From the sequence record SRR20825019_1726: a DNA stretch of 55,932 nt, one strand, 5' to 3'. Position 1 is the stretch's first letter. Every line of letters starts with the position of its first letter. Below, one piece after another: positions 48,299-55,932 of this stretch. The notes beneath the pieces are model-generated. The model was not told where the DNA came from. It searched no databases and saw only the letters and a program-made list of their open reading frames with translations. Position numbers and translations under genes: made by a program.

Positions 48299-49726
48299 TT
48301 AGTCGTCTGAAATATCCTTGAGGATCATGTACCAATGCTCAAGGTCGCCATAGAAGCTCGTAAGCGGCAGGCGCTCATTCAGGCCATGGGCGAACATGTC
48401 AGACCCCTTGAGGAAAATACCTGAGATGCCATAGCTCTCGATCCCGGCTGAGCGGAAATGCATGCCGTCTGTGCCGCCAGATTCCATATAGGGCACAATG
48501 GTCACGCCGGGATAGCGGGCGTGTACAGCGCGCTCCAGCACTTCCCACACATCGTCGCGCAAGGGCGAAGCGGCGGTTTCAACCGGGTCTTTCATCGGGC
48601 GCCATGTGATGGCGTCATTATCCACCACTTCCTTGAGGGTGTTGAGCGTCGCCTCCGCGCCCACACCGGGGAAGATACGGCAGTTCACCACGGCTGATGC
48701 GCTTTGCGGCAGTGCGTTTTCCGCGTGGCCTGCTTTCAGCATGGTGGCCACACAGGTGGTGCCGGTGGTGCCGACATATTCGGGGTGGGAGCGCAGCTCC
48801 GCAATCGCCCACTCGTCCGCCGGGTCTTCGGCGAACGTTGCCATGGCTTTGCCAAGGTCACCGCTCGCCATGGGGGCTGATGCCTTGAAGAAGGCGCGGG
48901 TCAGCTCGCTTGAGCGGGCCGGGAACTTGTACGCCTGAATTTTGGTCAGTGCGTCGGCGAGGTCATAGATCGCGTTATCGTCGCGCGGGCGCGAGCTGTG
49001 CCCACCGGGGTTAGTGACGGTCATCTCAAAGCTGATGTAGGTTTTCTCGGCTGCCTGCATGTTGTAGCTGATCACGCTGCCGTCTGGTGCCAGCGCACCG
49101 CCGCCCGCGTCTGCGTTCAGCACAAACTCGCTGTCTGTCAGCTCGATATACTCATTCACCAGCGCTTGCGTTGAAACCATGCCGGTTTCCTCGTCGCCCG
49201 AGAAAGCGATGATAAGGTCACGCTTGGGCACATAACCTTCCGCCTTCAGGCGCAGGAAGTTGGTGGTCAGCGATGTCATGCCCATTTTGTTATCAAGCAC
49301 GCCGCGACCGAAAAGATAGCCGTCTTCTTCTATCAGGGTGAAGGGGTCACGCTCCCAGTCTTCTGGCAGGGCATCAACCACATCCATATGCGCGGAAAGG
49401 GATACTGGCTTTTTGCCAGAGGAGCCATCACCACGGTAGCGCACCACAAGGGCCGCCGTGTCACCAACAGGCAGCAGGTGGATGTCTTCTTCAGGGAAGC
49501 CACCTTGTTTGAACTCGTTCGCCAGATAAGCGGCCAACTTTGGCACATTACCGTGGCCTTCAGCGGTACGCATGCCAACAGCAGTGCGCAAAATTTCCAT
49601 GGCTTTATCAGAGAAGGGGGCTTTATCTGAGTAGGGCAGTTTTTCCTCGGCAAATGCCGCACCGGTTATGGCGCTTGCAAGGCCAAGGCTTGCTGCCAAC
49701 GCAAGCGTAGAGAGTGATTTTAGCAT
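48299..49726 (-). CDS. Secreted M20 family metallopeptidase
   Basis: AHMDVV, GRG.LDNK, GDEE, GGHSS, GGTD, HGLNE. Confidence 0.93.
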   Translation of the reverse strand: MLKSLSTLALAASLGLASAITGAAFAEEKLPYSDKAPFSDKAMEILRTAVGMRTAEGHGNVPKLAAYLANEFKQGGFPEEDIHLLPVGDTAALVVRYRGDGSSGKKPVSLSAHMDVVDALPEDWERDPFTLIEEDGYLFGRGVLDNKMGMTSLTTNFLRLKAEGYVPKRDLIIAFSGDEETGMVSTQALVNEYIELTDSEFVLNADAGGGALAPDGSVISYNMQAAEKTYISFEMTVTNPGGHSSRPRDDNAIYDLADALTKIQAYKFPARSSELTRAFFKASAPMASGDLGKAMATFAEDPADEWAIAELRSHPEYVGTTGTTCVATMLKAGHAENALPQSASAVVNCRIFPGVGAEATLNTLKEVVDNDAITWRPMKDPVETAASPLRDDVWEVLERAVHARYPGVTIVPYMESGGTDGMHFRSAGIESYGISGIFLKGSDMFAHGLNERLPLTSFYGDLEHWYMILKDISDD

Positions 49727-49829
49727 GGGCGTGTTTCCTAGCATGTTTTTATATGCGTAGGACGGTAGCGCGTGCCCCTGAGATTAGCACCTCACTTTTT
49801 ATTGAAATCTGCATAAGTTTTTCAAAATG

Positions 49830-49856
49830 AAAAAGGGCGGGGAAATTCCCGCCCTT
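49830..49856 (-). terminator. Intrinsic terminator after prolyl oligopeptidase
   Basis: aagggcggg...cccgccctt with A5 on the plus strand. Confidence 0.85.
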
Positions 49857-49880
49857 GTGGTGTTTGTTATATCGCGGAGT

Positions 49881-51980
49881 TTAATCCTTGAGCTTCTTCA
49901 GCGCATAGACAATCTGAAGCGCGTCCGTATAGGCTTTTTGCTTCAGGTTCGCTGCGGCAGAGTGCCCACCTTCCGTGTTTTCATAATAGATCACAGGCTT
50001 GTCCATACCGAGCATTTTGGCCGCCATCTTGCGGGCATGGCCCGGATGCACACGGTCATCCTTGGTGGACGTGTAGAAAAACACTTCCGGGTAGTCCGTA
50101 TCCGCTTTCAGGTTCTGGTATGGCGAATATTTGAGGATGAACTCTTTCTCTTCCGGCACATCCGGGTTGCCATATTCCCCCATCCAACTGGCACCCGCGA
50201 GCAGGGTATGGAAGCGCATCATATCAAGAAGTGGCACGGCGCAGATCACCGCGTTCCAAAGGTCCGGGCGCTGGGTGGTCATCACACCCATCAAAAGCCC
50301 ACCGTTGGAACCACCCCGAATGCCAAGATGCTTAGGGCTTGTGAGGCCAGTGGAGACAAGGTCTTCGCCGACCGCAATAAAGTCGTCATAGGCACGTTGG
50401 CGGTTGGCTTTAAGCGCGGCCTGGTGCCATTTGGGGCCAAATTCGCCGCCGCCACGGATGTTGGCGATCACATAAGCGCCACCTTCCTGAAGCCACAGCT
50501 TGCTGGTGCCCGAGAGGTAACCGGGGGTCAGGGAAATCTCAAACCCGCCATAACCGTACAGGATAGTGGGGGTTGAGCCGTCCATCGGCACATCTTTGTG
50601 ATGAATGACAAAATAGGGCACTTTGGTGCCGTCTGCGGAAGTGGCGAACTTCTGCTCCGTCACCATATTGTCTGCATCAAAACGTGCAGGCAGGGAGGTG
50701 ATGGCCTCCGGCTCGCGGCCAAGTTCAACGCTATAAAGCGTGTCTGGCTGCAGGAAGCTTTCAAAATTGATGAAGGCCGTATCGGTCCATTCATCGGCGC
50801 TCACCACATTCAGGGAGCCATTCTTCGGCATGCCCAGATTTTTGGTTTCCCAGCCTTTTGCACCAAGCTTGGCAGAAACAAGCTGACCGGTCACTTCATC
50901 GAGGATCGAGAGGAAGATACGGTCTTTCCCGATCTCTACCCCGTCGATGGAGTTACGCTCACCGGGTACAAAAATCTCGCTGATGCTCATCTCCGGGCGG
51001 CCTGCAAGGGCATCCGCAACCTTGATGGAAACAAGCGTACCGGCTTTTACGGTTTTGGTGCCAAGGGTCCAGTCTTTGCGCATCTGCACAATCACCATGT
51101 CGCCGTAGAAACCTTTGAAGCTGATCTCAAGCGGCATTTCCAGTCGGCGCATCTCCTTCTGGTCCCAGACTTCTTCTTCACCGTCCAGCACATAGATGAC
51201 CTCGGTGAAAAAGTCAGGAGCCTGCACAATGCCCACATAGTTGCCGTCTGGCCGGTGGCTTGCGAACGGGAAGCTGCCCACATCCTTCGTGTCGCCTTCA
51301 TGCATCAGCTTGGCGATGGCAAGCGGCTCGTTCCGTTTCCAGATTTTTACCTGATTGGCGTAGCCGCTATCGGTCATGGTGCCTTCGCCAAAATCGGTGC
51401 CGATCAGCACGGTGTCGGCATCAATCCACACCACTTCCTGTTTGGCTTCGTCTGTCTTGAAACCACCATCTACAAAGCGTTTGGTAACCGCATCAAACTC
51501 GCGCACCACAACGGCATCACCACCACCACGGGACAGTTCAATGAGGCAGCGGCCAAAGTCAGGCGCCAGACATTTGCGGGCTTTATAGACCCAGTTTTCA
51601 TCTTCGGCTTTCGCCAGTTCATCAAAATCAAGGATGGTGACCCACTTCGGGTCACCGGCCTTATAGGATTTGAGGCTTGCACGTCGCCACAGGCCGCGAA
51701 CGTTGGTTTCGTCCTGCCAGAAGTTGTGGACGGAGCCACCAAGAAGCCTGCCATAGGCGATTTTGTCCTTGGCGTTATAGTCCTTGAGCGCGCGTTCCTT
51801 GAGGTCTTCAAAGCGGGCGTCTTTCTCCAGCAGCTCAAGGGAGTGCGCATTACGCTCATGCACCCATTCAAGCGCCTTCTCACCCTCCACGTCCTCAAGC
51901 CAGAGGTAAGGGTCGTCGTTCGCAAACGTCACTGTTGTAATGGCGGCAGCCATAGCTACTCCTACTGTCAGGCTTTTCAT
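49881..51980 (-). CDS. Prolyl oligopeptidase (S9A)
   Basis: DPYLWLE, YGYGGF, RGGGEFG, GGSNGG, DDRVHP, GGH. Confidence 0.95.
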   Translation of the reverse strand: MKSLTVGVAMAAAITTVTFANDDPYLWLEDVEGEKALEWVHERNAHSLELLEKDARFEDLKERALKDYNAKDKIAYGRLLGGSVHNFWQDETNVRGLWRRASLKSYKAGDPKWVTILDFDELAKAEDENWVYKARKCLAPDFGRCLIELSRGGGDAVVVREFDAVTKRFVDGGFKTDEAKQEVVWIDADTVLIGTDFGEGTMTDSGYANQVKIWKRNEPLAIAKLMHEGDTKDVGSFPFASHRPDGNYVGIVQAPDFFTEVIYVLDGEEEVWDQKEMRRLEMPLEISFKGFYGDMVIVQMRKDWTLGTKTVKAGTLVSIKVADALAGRPEMSISEIFVPGERNSIDGVEIGKDRIFLSILDEVTGQLVSAKLGAKGWETKNLGMPKNGSLNVVSADEWTDTAFINFESFLQPDTLYSVELGREPEAITSLPARFDADNMVTEQKFATSADGTKVPYFVIHHKDVPMDGSTPTILYGYGGFEISLTPGYLSGTSKLWLQEGGAYVIANIRGGGEFGPKWHQAALKANRQRAYDDFIAVGEDLVSTGLTSPKHLGIRGGSNGGLLMGVMTTQRPDLWNAVICAVPLLDMMRFHTLLAGASWMGEYGNPDVPEEKEFILKYSPYQNLKADTDYPEVFFYTSTKDDRVHPGHARKMAAKMLGMDKPVIYYENTEGGHSAAANLKQKAYTDALQIVYALKKLKD

Positions 51981-52015
51981 TTTATCCCCCTTTGGATAAC
52001 GCCACTTTGTGTGGC

Positions 52016-52780
52016 TTAAAAATTGTCTTTCAGGCGGCGGATTTCGCCAAAAACCTTGGGCCAGGGCGCACCAATCATGCCCAGCCTGTCTTGTATCTCT
52101 TCGCTCATCGGCCGGAGGAACGGGTTTGTCTCCCGCTCAATACCCAGCAGGCTTGGCACCGTTGGCTCGCCCTTATTGCGCATCGCGCGCACCTCTTGCA
52201 TGCGGGCCTGCAGCGCCTTGTTGTCTGGCTCGACCGATAGCGCAAAAGCGCCGTTCGAGAGTGTATATTCATGGGCGCAGTAAATGCGGGTTTCATCCGA
52301 CAGCTTCAGGAATTTTGAAAGCGACAGCCACATCTGATCTGGTGTGCCTTCAAACAGCCGCCCGCAGCCCATGGCAAACAGCGTGTCGCCGCAAAAAAGC
52401 GCGTTGTCGTCCGCGAAATGATAGGCGATATGGCCGCGTGTATGGCCAGGCACATCATAAACGTCCGCCGCCACGCTGCCAATATAGGCGTGGTCCCCCT
52501 CCGCCACGGCGATATCGATGCCGGGGATACGGTCGCGGTCAGCGGATGGGCCGATGATCTTGAGGTTATACCGCTGCTTGAGCGCAAGGTTCGCACCCAC
52601 ATGGTCACCATGGTGGTGGGTGTTCAGGATATAATCTGGCTCCCAGCCTCTGGCCTCAAGTGCTTCAACAACTTCATGTTCCACGGCGGGGTCTACAATC
52701 GCCGTTTCACCCGAGGTCGGCTCATGGATGATATAGATATAGTTGTCCGTCAGGACCGGGATTTGAACGATTTCGAGCAT
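52016..52780 (-). CDS. gloB: Hydroxyacylglutathione hydrolase (glyoxalase II)
   Basis: DNY, THHHGDH, PGHT.GH, GDTLF..GCGR, CAHEY, TNPFLR. Confidence 0.96.
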   Translation of the reverse strand: MLEIVQIPVLTDNYIYIIHEPTSGETAIVDPAVEHEVVEALEARGWEPDYILNTHHHGDHVGANLALKQRYNLKIIGPSADRDRIPGIDIAVAEGDHAYIGSVAADVYDVPGHTRGHIAYHFADDNALFCGDTLFAMGCGRLFEGTPDQMWLSLSKFLKLSDETRIYCAHEYTLSNGAFALSVEPDNKALQARMQEVRAMRNKGEPTVPSLLGIERETNPFLRPMSEEIQDRLGMIGAPWPKVFGEIRRLKDNF

Positions 52781-52876
52781 ATGCCTCACCGGTAATTTTG
52801 CTCACTATAACCATGCGCCGGGGCGCGTGCGAGTCAGAAAAACACCTGTCTGCCAGACATGAAAATATCTGCCAAT

Positions 52877-53617
52877 TCAGGCATTGAGAAGCCATGCCCC
52901 CACATTCAGGCGAATATCCAGATGGCGGTTTACCTCACCTTTCGGGGCGATATACCATTGCCACGTCTCCAGCGGTGCGCCGGGCAGGTGGCTTCGGTCT
53001 ACTGTGGTCACGATATGGTCGTGGTCCCCGTGCATTTCAACGCGCTCATAATCTGTGATCAGCAGGGCCGGGCAATTCATGGCCATCAGCGCTCGGATAT
53101 GGGCATCCTGTAGCTTCGTAATTATGTCTTTTTCCTCATCATTCTCCGGCGGGCTGGAGGCGAACGGCAGGGCAAGCTGGCTGAGGATATTGCAGCTGAT
53201 GGCCATGCCGTGGCCTGCGAGCGGGATCGGTGCAACTTGGGGCGGAGCTTGGTTTGAGGACAGGCATCCGGTAATGTCGCTCAGTTCAAACGCGAGGTTA
53301 TCGTACCGCTTCACCATACGCCTCGCGCGCGCTGTCTCAACCGCATCAACCAACAGGGCGCCTGCCGGGTGGCCGTTCAGCGCATCCAGCGGCAGGTCAA
53401 GGCAAAGGCCTGCACCCAGCACCAGAAGCGGCTCGCCTTCTTCTGCTTCATGCAGGTGCGCGCTGATACATTCTTTTGTGTGCTGCAGGTGGTTTTCCCA
53501 CGCTTCTTTTTGCCGACTGTATCGCCCGCTGATACCCGCAACTTCACGGGCAAGACCTGCCTTGCGCGCACCGGGTGCGGTGCGTGAGGTAAGCGAGGTA
53601 TAGAGTTCCTTGAGCAC
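52877..53617 (-). CDS. Hypothetical protein, possibly class I SAM-binding fold
   Basis: GTG start after AGGAGG; LVLGAG...D, LVD and N.LSQL motifs. Confidence 0.6.
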   Translation of the reverse strand: MLKELYTSLTSRTAPGARKAGLAREVAGISGRYSRQKEAWENHLQHTKECISAHLHEAEEGEPLLVLGAGLCLDLPLDALNGHPAGALLVDAVETARARRMVKRYDNLAFELSDITGCLSSNQAPPQVAPIPLAGHGMAISCNILSQLALPFASSPPENDEEKDIITKLQDAHIRALMAMNCPALLITDYERVEMHGDHDHIVTTVDRSHLPGAPLETWQWYIAPKGEVNRHLDIRLNVGAWLLNA

Positions 53618-53824
53618 GTGCTGCCTCCTGGGCAATTTTGCCCATGATATCACCCCATGATATCACTACGGGCGCTTCAACGCTAACCTACCCGGTGGCG
53701 GCCCAAATAATTTCCCGGTCGGTTAACAGAATTTCAATTGTCCTGCCGCTTAATAAAGGCACTATGTGTTCAGGTCGTTCGGCAAAATGCCGTTTGGCGC
53801 ATTGGGGGCAACAAGCGCTTCGGT

Positions 53825-55932
53825 ATGATTGAAAGAATTTTTGACAGCCTTCTCCATGGGCACGATTTCAGGGTGCTTCTTCTGGCCATGTTCCTCGCGC
53901 TGTTTTGTGCGGTTACCTGCCTCTCCCTGTTACAGCGCGCGCGGGTGTGCGCGGAACAGGAGAGAAAGCGCTGGCTGATCATCACCGCTATCTCGATCGG
54001 CTGCGGCATATGGGCGACCCATATGATAGCGTCCCTTGGCTGGGACCTGCGCATGCCGGTAAAACACAGTGTGCTGATGAGCGGTATCGCTGGGCTGGTG
54101 AGCATTGCTGTGGTTGGTGCCGGTTTCATGATCGCAACCTATAACCGCACCCGCCGTGCCCGGCTACTGTCAGGCATCATTGTGGGCGCGGGCATTGCCT
54201 CGACACATTTTATCGAGATGGCCAGCATCAGCGTGCAGGGCACCCTGTTTTTTGACCCAAGGTTCAGCAGTGTCGCGCTTATTACAGGTGTTGCACTTTC
54301 GGGTGCTTCTTTTGTGGTGATGAATAAAACCGATGACGCTGTGCGGCAAATACTGGCGGCCCTTCTGCTTGCAGGTGCAATGATCGCCACACATGTGGTG
54401 GCGGTTGCGGGCATTACGGTAACCGTGGACCCAAGCCTTGTGGTGCCGGACAAACTGGTCTCGGATACCGTGATGGGCTTTACCGTCTCCATCGCGGCCA
54501 TTGCGCTTTTGAGTGCAAGCCTTGCCATGGCGGCCTCTGATTTCCGGGTGAACCGGGGCGGTGCCGTTGAGGTGGACCGGCTGAGAAGCCTTGCCGACGC
54601 AGCCATTGAAGGCATTGTGGTGGTTGACCATGGTGGCCACATTGTTAACGCCAACCAAAGTTTCCTTTCCCTTGTGGGCAATTCGATGCGGGGTCTCAGC
54701 GGCGCAGACTTCTCGCGCTATTTTCGAGATTTCCCAAGCGGCCAGACAATCACAGAAATGGCTGAAGCAGGCATGAAGCTTGAGGAAGCTACCCTTTTAA
54801 GCGCGACGGCTGAAGAAATACCGACCGAGCTTTATTTCAAAAGCGCGATTGTAAGTGGTGAAGCCCACAATGTGGCCGTGGTGCGGGACCTGAGGGAACG
54901 TCGCGCAGCCGAGCAACGCATCAACTTCCTCGCCAACTATGATGTGCTTACAGGGCTCGCGAACCGGCAGTTGCTGATGGACAGGCTGCAGCACGCCATG
55001 GAGGCGGCTGAGGAAGCCGAGCAGAAAGTGATTTTGCACTATCTGGATATTGACGGCTTCAAGGAAATGAACACCGCCATTGGCCAGCGCGCCGCCGACC
55101 AGCTTTTGAAGTTTTTTGCCGGACGGCTGACGGGCAGCCTGCGCGGCATGGTGACTGTCGCCCGCATTGGGGCAGACCAGTTCTGCATCGCGCAGGAAGC
55201 AGTGAAATTGCAGGAAAGCGCGGAGCTGTTGCACGAACGCCTGCGCCGCAAACTCGCGCAGCCTTTCACCGTTGCCGGGCAGGAGATCAAGCTGACGGCG
55301 TGCGTGGGCACATCCATTGCGCCAGATGATGCAAGCACACCGGCGCATCTTCTTGCCCGCGCGGAAATCGCAATGAAAAAAGCCAAGGGCCAGGGGCGCG
55401 GCACTTTCTGTTTTTACGAGTTCGCAGCCGATAAGGCGCTAGAAGACCGGCGCAGGCTGAAGATTGAGCTTTCCCGCGCGCTGACTGACGGTGAAATTTT
55501 TCTCCTCTATCAACCACAATTTGATATCGATTCAGGCGAGATTGCCGGTTTTGAAGCGCTCGCGCGCTGGCGCCATAAAGAGCGCGGCATTATCTCCCCC
55601 GTTGAGTTTATCCCGCTGGCGGAAGAAAGCGGGCTTATCGTTGATATAGGGGAATGGATCTTCCGTGAGGCGTGCCGTGAAGCCGCAAGCTGGAACAAGC
55701 CGCTGCGCATTGCTGTGAACCTGTCACCGCTTCAATTTGTGGATGACAACCTGCCTGAGAAGATCGCGGCCATGCTGGATAATTGCGGCCTGGATGCCAC
55801 CCGGCTTGAGCTTGAGATCACCGAAGGGGTGCTGATTGAAGACGAGGTGCGCGCGCTTGCCATGCTCACCCGGCTCAAAGAGAAGGGCATCCTGCTGGCG
55901 ATGGATGACTTTGGCACCGGCTATTCATCGCT
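53825..55932 (+). CDS. MHYT-PAS-GGDEF(degenerate)-EAL c-di-GMP signalling protein, 3' truncated by window edge
   Basis: Absent from the ORF track; translated by hand: MIERIFDSLLHGHD..., GIWATH, YDVLTGLANR, LDIDGFK, ARIGADQF, GFEALARW, MDDFGTGYSS. Confidence 0.92.
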   Translation, partial: MIERIFDSLLHGHDFRVLLLAMFLALFCAVTCLSLLQRARVCAEQERKRWLIITAISIGCGIWATHMIASLGWDLRMPVKHSVLMSGIAGLVSIAVVGAGFMIATYNRTRRARLLSGIIVGAGIASTHFIEMASISVQGTLFFDPRFSSVALITGVALSGASFVVMNKTDDAVRQILAALLLAGAMIATHVVAVAGITVTVDPSLVVPDKLVSDTVMGFTVSIAAIALLSASLAMAASDFRVNRGGAVEVDRLRSLADAAIEGIVVVDHGGHIVNANQSFLSLVGNSMRGLSGADFSRYFRDFPSGQTITEMAEAGMKLEEATLLSATAEEIPTELYFKSAIVSGEAHNVAVVRDLRERRAAEQRINFLANYDVLTGLANRQLLMDRLQHAMEAAEEAEQKVILHYLDIDGFKEMNTAIGQRAADQLLKFFAGRLTGSLRGMVTVARIGADQFCIAQEAVKLQESAELLHERLRRKLAQPFTVAGQEIKLTACVGTSIAPDDASTPAHLLARAEIAMKKAKGQGRGTFCFYEFAADKALEDRRRLKIELSRALTDGEIFLLYQPQFDIDSGEIAGFEALARWRHKERGIISPVEFIPLAEESGLIVDIGEWIFREACREAASWNKPLRIAVNLSPLQFVDDNLPEKIAAMLDNCGLDATRLELEITEGVLIEDEVRALAMLTRLKEKGILLAMDDFGTGYSS

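Noticed and set aside
50598-52019. 473-aa plus-strand ORF
   Set aside because: Antisense shadow of prolyl oligopeptidase with no motifs; the many other antisense ORFs in the track are rejected for the same reason.
1-55932. CRISPR arrays, tRNA/rRNA, IS elements, prophage
   Set aside because: No spaced repeat arrays, cloverleaf signatures, transposase, integrase or phage genes were seen by eye.

Overview
Chromosomal segment of a GC-rich alphaproteobacterium. The peptidase/TonB-receptor content suggests a marine peptide scavenger, possibly Kordiimonadales (inference). The housekeeping backbone is ileS-lspA-DUF3035, mutL, rsmD-rluB, tadA, mscS, dat, a thrC-like gene, cysG-DUF2849-cysI-DUF934-cysH, ung and gloB. 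Accessory genes are interleaved: an AT-rich FRG gene between two near-identical terminators, an ArsR/SRPBCC operon, patatin plus a permuted NlpC/P60 gene, a sulfotransferase-like gene, two divergent 1002-aa TonB-dependent receptors (TBDRs), a serine hydrolase with a BlaI-type box, a membrane LytTR with a small peptide and MipA, and a MHYT-PAS-GGDEF-EAL gene running off the right end. No rRNA, tRNA, CRISPR or transposase was seen. The best candidate for an undescribed system is RNA-based. An unannotated ~145-nt structured minus-strand RNA (21368-21511) lies downstream of the TBDR pair. It is colinearly complementary to the switch-like, SD-sequestering 5' leader of TBDR1 (17253-17283) and partly complementary to the SD of TBDR2, suggesting an sRNA-controlled receptor switch. 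All pairings were found by eye and need computational and experimental confirmation.
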